Part shown: positions 1-10,295 of the stretch, piece after piece
Layout: every line of letters starts with the position of its first letter
Numbering within the stretch: the first letter of the stretch is position 1
Virus record (IMG/VR): IMGVR_UViG_3300020438_003204
Location: 3,759 to 67,758 of that record
Origin: a virus
DNA: 64,000 nucleotides
Strand: one strand, 5' to 3'
Made by a program: the position numbers and the translations under genes
Notes under the pieces: generated by a model
Seen by the model: the letters and a program-made list of their open reading frames with translations, nothing else
What the model was told of the DNA's origin: nothing
The model's database searches: none

Positions 1-24
1 CAATATGCAAAAAGTATCACTCAT
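1..24 (-). CDS. 5' end of a probable further N-terminal-twitch radical SAM protein (runs off the window)
   Basis: Reverse complement of 1-24 reads ATG AGT GAT ACT TTT TGC ATA TTG = MSDTFCIL, matching paralog starts MTDTFCVLPF and MSKTFCLHPF. It overlaps the stop of 17..1327. Confidence 0.65.
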
Positions 25-1327
25 ATTGTTGCCTCTTCTGCTCATATAGTCCGCCCATGCGTTGATTTATTTGTTCTAGTTCAGGAAACAACTGCATACT
101 ATTTTTGTTTCTGTGTGTATCCAACAATGCACATCTTAGTAATAGCATTTTCATACCGCCGTCTGTTACTTCAAGTTGAGGTTCTTTTAGCTTGTGATAA
201 ACTATATCCATTTGATTTCTATCAGCTATTAGATGTTCTAACTTTTTTAATGGATCAATTAGTGCAAGTCTATGTGATCTATCAATGAGTTCTAGACGCC
301 ATTCAGGATTATAAACTAAATTTATACATATTTTGTGTTTAAATAAATCATATAATTCTTCTAATAGTGCAGGCAGTCTGACGATATTATAAACTGCGAC
401 ACTTACGATAGGTTGTATCTTAACACCTGCATCTCTGACAGTTATGATATTTTGTTGTACAGTTTGCCATTCAGTGCCATAGCGTATCCATTCTGCACGT
501 TCGCCTGTTTCATCTATACTGCTTTCGACTGCTAGCTTACCATAATTCCAATCACACCAATAGTCTAGTGCATGTTTGCCTTGATGGGACAGTTTGAGCA
601 TGTTACTATTGTATTTTACTTTAACATCAAAACGCTTTGCACTGTGTAGTTTTTCTAATATATACCAGTGACTGGGCATTATCATTGGTTCCCCACCTGC
701 AAAGTATATGTTTTCAACTTGATCAATATATTCGTCTATCCATTGAAAGCTGGGCTCGTCAACTATTTTTGTTTTTCCTAAGGTATCGTGTTGGCGTTTA
801 AAATACCCTAAATTAGGATCACGTTGAATTGTTTTTTCATCAAACTTTTTGATATAGTCTTTGGAATGTTTGATCCACATACTACTCCAATCACTGTTAC
901 ACATCACACAAGCCATATTACATACATTACTGAACCTAAGGTCCCAATACTTTAAATTGTATTCTGCTGTGCCATCTGGTTTGGTTTTATAGATGTAATC
1001 TTGTCTTATTTGTTCACTGTACAATCTTGTGTGTTCTCTTACTCTAGGTGACCTAGCATTCATATCCTCTATTATAGCACATTTACCGCATTCCTTAGGA
1101 ACTTGATTGTTCAACATCTGTCTTCTAACACGCCGCATTGATTCACTGTTAAAAATTTCTTCAACAGTATTTTCATTTAAATTTCCAACGTCTGGTGCGT
1201 TTTTTGTATGACAACACAGTCTAACTCCTCCTTTGGGTGTAATAGCAAGATGACTCCATGGATGTATACATATCCATTCGTCTGATCTAACACGGTACTG
1301 ATCTGCTATAGTTTGTGCGTCAGACAT
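17..1327 (-). CDS. Radical SAM protein with N-terminal twitch/SPASM-like domain
   Basis: N-terminal CIHPW..G.VRLCC..CGKC, CxxxCxxC (CNMACVMC), FAGGEP. Start taken at MSDAQ (1327); the ORF track starts at 1336. Confidence 0.9.
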   Translation of the reverse strand: MSDAQTIADQYRVRSDEWICIHPWSHLAITPKGGVRLCCHTKNAPDVGNLNENTVEEIFNSESMRRVRRQMLNNQVPKECGKCAIIEDMNARSPRVREHTRLYSEQIRQDYIYKTKPDGTAEYNLKYWDLRFSNVCNMACVMCNSDWSSMWIKHSKDYIKKFDEKTIQRDPNLGYFKRQHDTLGKTKIVDEPSFQWIDEYIDQVENIYFAGGEPMIMPSHWYILEKLHSAKRFDVKVKYNSNMLKLSHQGKHALDYWCDWNYGKLAVESSIDETGERAEWIRYGTEWQTVQQNIITVRDAGVKIQPIVSVAVYNIVRLPALLEELYDLFKHKICINLVYNPEWRLELIDRSHRLALIDPLKKLEHLIADRNQMDIVYHKLKEPQLEVTDGGMKMLLLRCALLDTHRNKNSMQLFPELEQINQRMGGLYEQKRQQYE

Positions 1328-2501
1328 AATCAGCAAACTCCGGTATTACTTCGATCATATTAGTACTTCTTGTACGGTCAAGTGTTTTTGTAAAACGTAT
1401 AAACTGTTCAAAGTGTTGGCTTTCGTCTTTTGCATTTAAAAAGTTCAAATTTTGATTTATAAATCTATGTATACGTTTATTGCGTTCACCTTTGGGCTCT
1501 ATAGTATTTAAATATTTTTTATATTTTAGTGTAGCCTTTTGCTTTAGCTCTTGGGGTAATACTTGCGGATTAATGAATATAGGATCCCATGCTATGTTGC
1601 CATGCACTGGTGTGTCCAATACACGTTCGAAGTATTCATAGCTTTCTGGTAATCCAAATACATTCCAAGCACTGTAACACAGTGCCGCTCTGCCATCATA
1701 TTTGTCACCTAGTTCGGCTCTAACTAGTTTTAAATTTTCTGCTAGTACATCTGTATCTGATTCAGTTCTTATATAATTGTTTAATTCAGGGTGTCCGTCT
1801 ATGCTTAAACTTAGATCTACTTTTCTAAACTTTGCCCAGCTGGCTATAGTATCAAACTTTCCAAACTTGACTTTGCTGAGATTTGTGCTATACTTAACTG
1901 TAATATTACTTGCAAAAGGTTCAAGAGCATGTAGTACTTTATAGTGCAAGGGATCCATAAGTGGCTCGCCTCCTGCAAATTCCACTATTTCAATAGTGGG
2001 TGCTAGCTTTACTATGTCCTCTACAAATTGATCATTATCAAAATTTGTTTGACGTTTTGTATCATTTTGCAAATCTAAACTTTCATATTCATGTTTAACT
2101 GCATTCCAGTCTTTGAGCCATGTTGTGCTTAGATCAGGCTTGCATGTTCTGCATCTAAAGTTACACAAGTTACTCATTTTTAATTCTAATACTGGAACAA
2201 CAAACGGCATCTCCGCTGTACAAGAGTCTGGAATCATATATTCTCTGGTCTTGTTCATGCTTTGTCGCATACTAACTGAGCCTTGATCTTCCATATCCCA
2301 ACACTGAAAACAGTGTTTGTTACGCACACCAGACAGTAAATCTTTTCTTAATTGTTGTTGACGTTCACTGTTCCATGCCTCTTCAAAGGTCATGTCTTTG
2401 ATGTTGCCCAACGTATCTCTGCTACGACAACAAGGTGTTATTGCTCCGTCTGGTCTAGTACTTAGATGTGTAAATGGTAATACGCAAAATGTGTCGGTCA
2501 T
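1320..2501 (-). CDS. Radical SAM protein with N-terminal twitch domain
   Basis: FCVLPF..PCC..CFQCW, CNFRCRTC, FAGGEP. Start at MTDTF gives an ATGA overlap with the upstream stop. Confidence 0.9.
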   Translation of the reverse strand: MTDTFCVLPFTHLSTRPDGAITPCCRSRDTLGNIKDMTFEEAWNSERQQQLRKDLLSGVRNKHCFQCWDMEDQGSVSMRQSMNKTREYMIPDSCTAEMPFVVPVLELKMSNLCNFRCRTCKPDLSTTWLKDWNAVKHEYESLDLQNDTKRQTNFDNDQFVEDIVKLAPTIEIVEFAGGEPLMDPLHYKVLHALEPFASNITVKYSTNLSKVKFGKFDTIASWAKFRKVDLSLSIDGHPELNNYIRTESDTDVLAENLKLVRAELGDKYDGRAALCYSAWNVFGLPESYEYFERVLDTPVHGNIAWDPIFINPQVLPQELKQKATLKYKKYLNTIEPKGERNKRIHRFINQNLNFLNAKDESQHFEQFIRFTKTLDRTRSTNMIEVIPEFADYV

Positions 2502-3469
2502 GCAGTCTCCAACCATTTAGTTGTATTAAGGTCTGCGGCACAGTTGCACCACTGCTTTGCACATATAACAGGATCATTTTCAAGTGTGAATCCAGTTTCA
2601 ATATTGCCCAACACTCCGCCTTGTTTACAAGTTGCTCTGTACACACTACCGTCATTGTCTATCATCAGTGTTTCAATGCCAGCCATACACTTCCATTTTT
2701 TAAATGTATTCCATTTGTTTTTGGTTAGTGTATTCACATTGTCTAACCATTGTTCTTCTTGTGTAAACAATTCACAGTTTAAGTCTGCTGTACCGGCTTT
2801 GTTAAAGCTGTCCATATAGTCTAGTTCTGCTTGACTGTAGTATCCTTCTGCTCCTCCAAACTGTATTCCTTCAAACTCCATACCACTAGCACCGGGAGGA
2901 TTAAACTCGCCAGCTTGATTGGTCATTGGTCTAATACGTCTTATATTAAATTTAATACCGTTGTCTTTGAGCCATTCAACTACGTTGTGTATCTCTTCTA
3001 GTCTGCCTGGCAAATACATCAAATGAACTTTTACTTTGTTGTTGGGTAATTCAGTTAATACTGATTTCATATGGTCAACACGCAAGAATTCAAAGTGCCA
3101 ACTGAATATTAAATTATCGATATATTCTAATGCTTGTTGATATTTCTTTAAAGGTAAACTTCCATTGGTAATTGTACTAACTTCTTCTACTCCGTACTTG
3201 GGGAATAGTTTTAATATGTCTAATATTCGTGGGTGTACAAATGGTTCTCCGCCTGTTAAACTCATGCGTATTTGTTTGTCAGCATAAAATTCTCTCAGTG
3301 TTCTTATGGTATATTCAAACTTTTCATAAGGAAAGTGCTTGCTGGTGTTGTCATGCAAATCTCTGCCACAATAACTGCAATCAAAGTTACAGCGTCTACC
3401 CATATTCCATTCAATGCGTACCCATTGTTTATATTTTTTAGCACTGTGTTCTACCCTGATCAGTTTCAT
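2498..3469 (-). CDS. Radical SAM protein with C-terminal Cys-rich (SPASM/twitch-like) domain
   Basis: CNFDCSYC near the N-terminus, LTGGEP, C-terminal CMAG..CKQG..CAKQWCNC. Paralog of 27578..28585. Confidence 0.9.
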   Translation of the reverse strand: MKLIRVEHSAKKYKQWVRIEWNMGRRCNFDCSYCGRDLHDNTSKHFPYEKFEYTIRTLREFYADKQIRMSLTGGEPFVHPRILDILKLFPKYGVEEVSTITNGSLPLKKYQQALEYIDNLIFSWHFEFLRVDHMKSVLTELPNNKVKVHLMYLPGRLEEIHNVVEWLKDNGIKFNIRRIRPMTNQAGEFNPPGASGMEFEGIQFGGAEGYYSQAELDYMDSFNKAGTADLNCELFTQEEQWLDNVNTLTKNKWNTFKKWKCMAGIETLMIDNDGSVYRATCKQGGVLGNIETGFTLENDPVICAKQWCNCAADLNTTKWLETA

Positions 3470-4755
3470 AGTTCACCTACCAGTTCAGGTATATGATCCA
3501 ATACACTTTCACCTCTGATACGATCCAGTTCTCGAGTATATTGTTTGAATAGTTCCCATTGCTCAGGATCGTATTCAGTTCTTAGCATTGCTTCTCTGAG
3601 ATGCTCCATGTTGTGATAGTTTTTATTCCATCGATTTAATACTTTTTGTTTCATATGCGGAGGCATATTATTAGGATCTAAATAAGCAGGATCACTAACA
3701 ACACTATTAAAGTTATTGGGCTTCTCATAACGATTTTTGTGATCGCTGGTTCTATTAGCAAGTAATGTTTTAAATGATCTGGTACTTGATGTTATCTGTT
3801 CAATCCACTCACCTAATTCTTGTAGGTCGAAAATAGTGTATGTGCTAATAGCAATACTAAAGTGTGCATTAACATTATCAAATTGATCAAACCAATATAT
3901 ACTCTGTTCTAGTTGATCAATGTTTTGTATCTTACCGCCTCTAAAATATTCATATAATCCTGGCTTTGAAGTTTCTACACTTATGTTTAAATTAATACGT
4001 TTAAAGTAGGGCCATAGTTCTTCTAGTTCCTCAGGATTTTTCGTGCCATTGGTTACATATCCCAATTCTACATTCTTTGCACTGCCATTATCTATTAGCA
4101 TTCTTAGTACATCATAATGTCCTTGTTGCATAAAAGGTTCACCGCCTTTGAAGTCAATGCGTTCCATATCTTCAAAATAGTGTTGCCTTTCAATCCAATA
4201 ATTGGGATCAACATCTCTAACTTTGGCGTGGTTCACTGCTCTTTTAAATTTTTTATTAATATCATTTAATTTTATATCTTCTTTAAACCAATTTGTACTT
4301 CCCCAACTGCCACAGTGCCTGCATTTTAAATTACAAGTATTACCAAAATTTAAATCCATGTGTTTTAATTTTAAAGGTGATTCGACTGGATAGCTTTTGG
4401 GTTTATTTTTAACTTTATCATATACCCAACTGCGTCTACTATTGTTAAGTGTGCTTTCATTCTTCCAACACTGATTACACTGTATTGGTTTTTCTTGGTT
4501 AGCAAATGCTTTTCTCAGCCATTCAAATCCTTGATGTGCATCTTCTAATGTGTCACCATAATAGAAATTAAAATGTTTGTTATCATTGTCTGCATCATAA
4601 GCACAACAAGGTTTTATGTTGCCATTTGCACTAAGACAAATAGTAGTCCATGGAACAATACACACAGGATCACCTTCTGGTATAGCGTCACCTTGTCTAT
4701 AACTACGTGGATCTTTTTCCTCTGACCACTTTTCGTTAGTATCTAACGTTTTCAT
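3466..4755 (-). CDS. Radical SAM protein with N-terminal twitch domain
   Basis: CIVPW..KPCC..CNQCW, CNLKCRHC, FKGGEP. Confidence 0.9.
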   Translation of the reverse strand: MKTLDTNEKWSEEKDPRSYRQGDAIPEGDPVCIVPWTTICLSANGNIKPCCAYDADNDNKHFNFYYGDTLEDAHQGFEWLRKAFANQEKPIQCNQCWKNESTLNNSRRSWVYDKVKNKPKSYPVESPLKLKHMDLNFGNTCNLKCRHCGSWGSTNWFKEDIKLNDINKKFKRAVNHAKVRDVDPNYWIERQHYFEDMERIDFKGGEPFMQQGHYDVLRMLIDNGSAKNVELGYVTNGTKNPEELEELWPYFKRINLNISVETSKPGLYEYFRGGKIQNIDQLEQSIYWFDQFDNVNAHFSIAISTYTIFDLQELGEWIEQITSSTRSFKTLLANRTSDHKNRYEKPNNFNSVVSDPAYLDPNNMPPHMKQKVLNRWNKNYHNMEHLREAMLRTEYDPEQWELFKQYTRELDRIRGESVLDHIPELVGEL

Positions 4756-6158
4756 AGTAGCTCACTAAGTATAGGAAATACGTCATGAAACTTATTTCCC
4801 CAGTTGCGTTGTTTATTAACTAAGTTTAACCATTGTTTAGTTTCAGGAAGTCTAGCACTCCAGTCTTCTTGATTCATAAAGTTAATAACACCTTTAAAAC
4901 GTTTGATGCCATAAGGTGCATCTAAGAAATCTTGTTTGCTTATACCTGATTCGGCAACTCCTGTAAAACGATCCCAGTTGTCTTCTATCCAAGGATAAAA
5001 CTCTTGTTCGTACTTGTCTGTTATCTGCTGTTTAATATGTTGGGGCAATACTTTTAAATTAAGTTGTGGTGGCCAATATGCATAGTGCATGTTAATACCG
5101 CCGGCACCCAAAGGCCATTTATTGATCTTTTTAAAGTTTTGATTTACTTTCCACTTGACAAACTCTGGTATATACGCTACATTGAGTGCCATAATGGTAG
5201 TAGCTGTAGTAACTTCTACTTGTGGAGCAGTTTCGTCCAATAGCCAAAACACTTTCTCTTGGTGTTCCCATACACTTGGATAGCGTATATAATCGTTGTG
5301 TTCACCATGTGCATCTATGCTGTAGTGAAATCGAACACGTTTAAACTCTGCCCACAGATCAAATAAGTCGTCACGCCATTCAACTGCATTTGAGTTGTAG
5401 CGTAGTTCTATGTTCTTAGCATAACCTTGTTTAATACATTCTTCTAATAGATCGTAGTGTTGTTTAATAATTAAACTTTCGCCACCTGCAAAGTATAATT
5501 GATACATGTGAGGAACCTGTTCCATTAGCTCTTTCCAAAAGCGTGGATTGTTCATGTGCCAATTGTATGTTGCTCCGTGATTCTTTCCTTTATTATCCCA
5601 ACCACTAGTACCTTTAAGATTAGGATTATCTATTTGCGGGTACATAGCTTTCCAGTCTTTGACCCAGCCACTCGAATCATGTGGGCTACACATAACACAA
5701 GCCAACTGACACTTTGTACCCATACGCAAATCAATGTAGCGTATCTTAGGATCTATTGTGCCATCTTCCTGTGTTTCATTTGCTAGGTCAAATAGATCAT
5801 ATCTATTGCCCCAATACTCTGTCTCCCAGTTGCGTTTGCTTAGATGACCAGCTTCTTCCTCTTTGTAACACTTTAAACAAGGTGCTGGCTTTTCACCACG
5901 CAACATCATTTTGCGAACATTACGCATGTAATCCGAATTCCATGCATCAGTTAAACTGGTGTGATTGAAGTTTGCCGGAACACCGTCGTCGTTTTTAACT
6001 ACGCCAACTTCACCGCCGCCTACTTTTTTACTACTGTCTGGGTCTTGAACACTGCTGGCATTTGATGTACAGCATGTTCGCATTTTGCCATCTGGTCTGC
6101 TTGATAAATGTAACCAAGGTAACGCACAAAATGTTGGGCTAATTTTGTCAGTTTTCAT
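4752..6158 (-). CDS. Radical SAM protein with N-terminal twitch domain
   Basis: FCALPW..RTCC..CLKCY, CQLACVMC, FAGGES. Confidence 0.9.
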   Translation of the reverse strand: MKTDKISPTFCALPWLHLSSRPDGKMRTCCTSNASSVQDPDSSKKVGGGEVGVVKNDDGVPANFNHTSLTDAWNSDYMRNVRKMMLRGEKPAPCLKCYKEEEAGHLSKRNWETEYWGNRYDLFDLANETQEDGTIDPKIRYIDLRMGTKCQLACVMCSPHDSSGWVKDWKAMYPQIDNPNLKGTSGWDNKGKNHGATYNWHMNNPRFWKELMEQVPHMYQLYFAGGESLIIKQHYDLLEECIKQGYAKNIELRYNSNAVEWRDDLFDLWAEFKRVRFHYSIDAHGEHNDYIRYPSVWEHQEKVFWLLDETAPQVEVTTATTIMALNVAYIPEFVKWKVNQNFKKINKWPLGAGGINMHYAYWPPQLNLKVLPQHIKQQITDKYEQEFYPWIEDNWDRFTGVAESGISKQDFLDAPYGIKRFKGVINFMNQEDWSARLPETKQWLNLVNKQRNWGNKFHDVFPILSELL

Positions 6159-6163
6159 AACTA

Positions 6164-6170
6164 TATTTAA
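6164..6170 (-). promoter_or_regulatory. Putative late promoter (TTAAATA) 5 nt before ATG
   Basis: Minus strand reads TTAAATA-TAGTT-ATG in a 15-nt intergenic gap, the same spacing as three other sites. Confidence 0.5.
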
Positions 6171-6173
6171 CTG

Positions 6174-7256
6174 CTAATTGAATTGCTCTGCAAACGGATC
6201 AAACTCCGTGCCGCACTTCATAGCACATACTCCTAGTTTTCCTTGCTCTACGCTAGGTAAGTCCCAACTTTTTTCGATATCTTTAAGCAAGGATCCTTGC
6301 ATTACTTGTTGTAAGTCATTGTTTATTACATCAATTCCTTGTTTGCCACCGGCTCTGTCGATAAAATCCCATATTTGTTCTACTTTAGGATCTTGATGCC
6401 ACCATTTGTACATACGTCCAGCGGCCCAACAGCAAGGCATAAGCAAGCCTTCTGCTGTAATAAAGATATTTTTTTCTTCTGCTACTTTGCATTTGATTGA
6501 ACATTTATCATAATAATTCTTCATACCGCCATAAGTTTTGGCTATTTCTTTTTGCTTTAACAATGCTAAGTTTTGATTGCCTAACTGTTTAGGTTTTTCT
6601 ATCAGTTGTGTTTCAACACCTTTACGATTCTGTGCTTGATGGCTGTCTTTACTAACACTTTTAGCACTAAAGAAACGTGCTGACTTTTTCTTTTGGAAAC
6701 GTTCTACACCCCATTGCTTAGAAAGTGCTTCGGCTTCTTCAACCTGATGTTCGTTGTGTCCAAATATAATGTAGTCCCAACGAGCTCTACCGCCTGCATC
6801 AATGAACGCTCGCATGTTGCGTTCTACATTGGCCCAAACAACATTTTGCCTATACAAATGATTAGTGTCGCTAAGACCGTCAACACTGAATATAACGGCA
6901 CCTTGTCGACCAATTGTCTTTGCCAGTTCTTGCCACCATTTAACATCTTTTGCTCCAGCGTTTGTGTTCATACTTAACCACATATCTGTGTTGTATTGTC
7001 TGAAGTATTTGAATACTTCTAGTGTATCCTTAGCTACTATAGGATCACCCAAGTTGCCACACATAAACATTCCAGTGAGTTGTTGAATAAATGCGGGTGT
7101 AAAGATTGCTTGACAGTCTTGTAAACTCAATTCACTATTATCTATATGACGATTGTCAACACCGCCATTCTCATTTCTGTCACACATAGGACAAGCGGCT
7201 TGACACTTTTGCGTAATTTCCAAATGTACCATACGCACATCTTCATAATCATACAT
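6174..7256 (-). CDS. Radical SAM protein with C-terminal SPASM-like cysteines and variant GGE motif
   Basis: CQAACPMC; GNLGDP at the GGEP position; C-terminal C..PCC..CAMKC. Confidence 0.88.
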   Translation of the reverse strand: MYDYEDVRMVHLEITQKCQAACPMCDRNENGGVDNRHIDNSELSLQDCQAIFTPAFIQQLTGMFMCGNLGDPIVAKDTLEVFKYFRQYNTDMWLSMNTNAGAKDVKWWQELAKTIGRQGAVIFSVDGLSDTNHLYRQNVVWANVERNMRAFIDAGGRARWDYIIFGHNEHQVEEAEALSKQWGVERFQKKKSARFFSAKSVSKDSHQAQNRKGVETQLIEKPKQLGNQNLALLKQKEIAKTYGGMKNYYDKCSIKCKVAEEKNIFITAEGLLMPCCWAAGRMYKWWHQDPKVEQIWDFIDRAGGKQGIDVINNDLQQVMQGSLLKDIEKSWDLPSVEQGKLGVCAMKCGTEFDPFAEQFN

Positions 7257-7473
7257 CTAGTATCAACTCTACATCTTTACCCGGGCCTACTTGGCTGGGC
7301 AAGTCACCATATTGTTCAACATACCAGTCAATGACTGCTTTATACCATAACTGACTATTGTGATGGGCTAGCTTATTAAACTGGCTAATGTTGTTATTAG
7401 TAGCTTGCATAGTACTTAGTGCCCTAGCGGCTTCAGTTTGCATCTGCCTAAGTGTCATTTTTTCAGTGGTCAT
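7249..7473 (-). CDS. Small hypothetical protein (74 aa)
   Basis: Fills the gap between two genes, overlapping both neighbours (ATGA at 7470-7473). Confidence 0.7.
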   Translation of the reverse strand: MTTEKMTLRQMQTEAARALSTMQATNNNISQFNKLAHHNSQLWYKAVIDWYVEQYGDLPSQVGPGKDVELILDV

Positions 7474-8513
7474 TTTCTACCAATCAGCATAAACCTGTTG
7501 TATACTTCAGTATCAAGTTCACCACTGTACAACAATTCGCTCATTGGATATTTGGCTTCTGTATCTGCAAGATCTTTACAACAATTTGAGTGTTGCTCGT
7601 TGCTGAAATAATCATTTGTTTGTAAACATATTAACTGTCCATCAGGCAAGTTATGAAACCAATCTTCGTTCATATGCTCGCAACTGGTGTTTATAATTAA
7701 GTCAGGAGTATGACAAAACTCAATGACTTTGCCATCCATACGAGTAGTAGTAAACTCTGTGTCTCCTGATGGACCATAAATTAACTTACCGCAATCGTAA
7801 GTAATACATTTATAGTTCCATTCATTTTGATACTGTTCGTAATTAAAATCTTCACTTATTTGTGTACACTGCGGATCTAATTCAAAATTAAAATATTGTT
7901 TTACCCTAAAATTATCAAACAATAGTTTAGCTATTGTAGCATACCAACCACCATAATGAAATACCATACCTAAATAATCTGTTTCTAAACACACATTTAA
8001 TTGATCTATCATCCACATCTTGCTTCGCATTTGACCTCTACTAAAGTGATCATTTAGATTTGCTTTAGCTTGCCATCTAATACTCCAACTGCTGATCTTT
8101 CTAATAAAATCATCATCAATACAATGTGCCACATAGCGTAATATCTTTCTGTGTCTTGCATAGTCCCAGCCACTGTAGTGAGCAAGTAATATATTAACAA
8201 ACTCTACACTCAACGGGCTTGCATTTGGTGCATCTTTCTCATCTAACCATCCACGCTGTATTTCATGTATTAAACGTCTTCGAATCTTCCATATATTGCC
8301 ATGCATTACTGCTTTTTTAATATCTAAATATTCTTCTAAATGATAATGATCAATATGCTTTAGATACTCTTCTAAACCATTCATCCAAAAAAAGTTTTCA
8401 GTAGGCTTGTATGCTTTTACTTGTTTACCGTCGGGAGTAAGTGCAGAGTATTCTACACCTTCTTCGCTTGATCCTTCGTTTTTGGATACATCTTCTTCAT
8501 TATACGGCTTCAT
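7470..8513 (-). CDS. Putative class I SAM-dependent methyltransferase-like protein
   Basis: Motif-I-like FHYGGWY, acidic FELDP, DLIINTSCEH in the C-terminal half. Confidence 0.6.
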   Translation of the reverse strand: MKPYNEEDVSKNEGSSEEGVEYSALTPDGKQVKAYKPTENFFWMNGLEEYLKHIDHYHLEEYLDIKKAVMHGNIWKIRRRLIHEIQRGWLDEKDAPNASPLSVEFVNILLAHYSGWDYARHRKILRYVAHCIDDDFIRKISSWSIRWQAKANLNDHFSRGQMRSKMWMIDQLNVCLETDYLGMVFHYGGWYATIAKLLFDNFRVKQYFNFELDPQCTQISEDFNYEQYQNEWNYKCITYDCGKLIYGPSGDTEFTTTRMDGKVIEFCHTPDLIINTSCEHMNEDWFHNLPDGQLICLQTNDYFSNEQHSNCCKDLADTEAKYPMSELLYSGELDTEVYNRFMLIGRK

Positions 8514-9204
8514 CGTAAGTCTCCTTTAACCAATCGAAATCATTTATCTGACTTAGTACGTCAGGTTGCGCCTTGTATTGTGTACCAAAGTCAGCGCCTT
8601 GCTTTGCTCCTAGTATTGCATATTCACCGTTCTGTCTATCAGCACCTTTGGTCTGCCATACTTTTAATCTATATTCGTTGTCTGTGTTGTCATTGTTAGG
8701 GATAATAGCACTGGCTAGTTTTGTACATTCTCTAAACGCACTGCGCCATGCATTATAAGGATCTGTATTAAATGCTGTAATATTACTAACTTGAAACTTG
8801 GGTACAAATGGACAACCCAGTGTTGTGGTCATATCAACACTCCAGGTTGTTGCGTCTCTTAGTGCTTGTGTGGGGAATAATTTTGCTCCGCCGTATCCAT
8901 AAAGTAAATCATTGACAGGATTACGACTGCGCCACACATAAACACAATCAGTTTCAGGCACACCAGGGTATGCATCTTTGCGTTGATTCGGAGTGAAGCC
9001 AAAGTTAAACTGTTCATCAATGATAGCATCAGCATCAATTACATAAAAGTTTTTAGTTTCAGCTAGATTAGCTGCCTCCTGGTGTGCCGCAAATATACCT
9101 CTAACACCTTTAATTTGTTTTGCTAGTGGTGCAAAAAGTTGCAGTAATTCAAAGTTATCGTCTGCATAAGGCTCGTGGTAGCTAATCTGTATTACATCTA
9201 ACAT
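8500..9204 (-). CDS. GT-A fold (GT2-like) glycosyltransferase
   Basis: ISYHEP start, DxD (VIDADA), N.VN.L.YG.GG.K, AWR..FRE. Paralog of 36277..37254. Confidence 0.7.
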   Translation of the reverse strand: MLDVIQISYHEPYADDNFELLQLFAPLAKQIKGVRGIFAAHQEAANLAETKNFYVIDADAIIDEQFNFGFTPNQRKDAYPGVPETDCVYVWRSRNPVNDLLYGYGGAKLFPTQALRDATTWSVDMTTTLGCPFVPKFQVSNITAFNTDPYNAWRSAFRECTKLASAIIPNNDNTDNEYRLKVWQTKGADRQNGEYAILGAKQGADFGTQYKAQPDVLSQINDFDWLKETYDEAV

Positions 9205-9212
9205 GTGGCTTC

Positions 9213-9329
9213 CTATTCATATATAAAAGGATCTTTTTTGCGTAATTCCTCTAAACGCTTCTTTATCATTTGTCGTTGTTTATATCTCGTATACGGATAC
9301 ATTAAAAAGTTCTTAATTTTATTAAGCAT
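9213..9329 (-). CDS. Small basic protein (38 aa), not in the ORF track
   Basis: MLNKIKNFLMYPYTRYKQRQMIKKRLEELRKKDPFIYE*. ATG directly follows the carbamoyltransferase TAG and the ORF fills the gap. Confidence 0.65.
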   Translation of the reverse strand: MLNKIKNFLMYPYTRYKQRQMIKKRLEELRKKDPFIYE

Positions 9330-10295
9330 CTACTCACTCCATATTGTTTTCTTAACTCGTATTTTTGATTTGGTATGTGCTAATACACAACCTAATGCAC
9401 TACTAGCATCACCGGGACTTGGCATAATCCAAGTTTTATCAAAATATTTATTGGCTGATTCTCTACAAACACTGTTCATAGAACAGCCACCCATAAGTAC
9501 AATATTTTTACTAGTGGTCAATTTTAAACTGCATACAATTAGTAAGTCAACTATCTCTGCAAATATACGCTGTGTAGCTGCGGCGATATCTGTTAGGTCT
9601 TGTACTGTATTTAACTCAGGTCTCCAATCTCTACATCCTCTGTGACAATTTCTTTTAAACAGTAATCTAGGATCATCAATACTTGGCATCTTTTTAATAA
9701 ATTCTGTTTTAATTAATTCATAAAATCTATCACTGTTTCCAACTTGTGCCATTTCAGATATCATATGCTCTTGTGTCTGTGGCTGTAGTCCTACTCGTTG
9801 TGTCATTGCACTATACCAAATACCTATACTGTGTGGATAATTTTGTACAAACTTACGAGTTAGTTCAGTATCTTTACCTTCCCATATAGTAATTGTATTC
9901 CATTCTCCAATACTATCCATTACTAGTATAGCAGCATCATCAAAGCCACTGGTATAATATCCTGCGGCGGCGTGACTCAAATGATGACTAACTGTGGTGC
10001 TTTTAGGTGCATCTTTCCAAAAACCACGCATATATTTTGTAGGTGATTGTTTGCCTAACAGTGTGTATTGTCCTGCCCATAACTGTCTTGTCTTTTTAAG
10101 CCAAGGGTGTTCATAAAAATATACTTGCTTAGGCTTACCAAATTTTAGTGCATCATTGAGTAATGGCAAACACAGTGTCTTGTCGTTGACCACATGCGTA
10201 TATTGTTGTGTACGCCTAGCCCATCTAAATTTATCACCAACAAACACTGCTAGGCTTGCATCGTGGCTCATACCTGTCCATCCCCAAGTAATCAT
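9330..10295 (-). CDS. Carbamoyltransferase (NodU/CmcH/TobZ family), N-terminal Kae1-like domain only
   Basis: HDAS, HHLSHAA metal site, DSIGE, DIAAATQ, GGCSMN, PSPGDA. Ends at 321 aa without the C-terminal domain. Confidence 0.85.
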   Translation of the reverse strand: MITWGWTGMSHDASLAVFVGDKFRWARRTQQYTHVVNDKTLCLPLLNDALKFGKPKQVYFYEHPWLKKTRQLWAGQYTLLGKQSPTKYMRGFWKDAPKSTTVSHHLSHAAAGYYTSGFDDAAILVMDSIGEWNTITIWEGKDTELTRKFVQNYPHSIGIWYSAMTQRVGLQPQTQEHMISEMAQVGNSDRFYELIKTEFIKKMPSIDDPRLLFKRNCHRGCRDWRPELNTVQDLTDIAAATQRIFAEIVDLLIVCSLKLTTSKNIVLMGGCSMNSVCRESANKYFDKTWIMPSPGDASSALGCVLAHTKSKIRVKKTIWSE

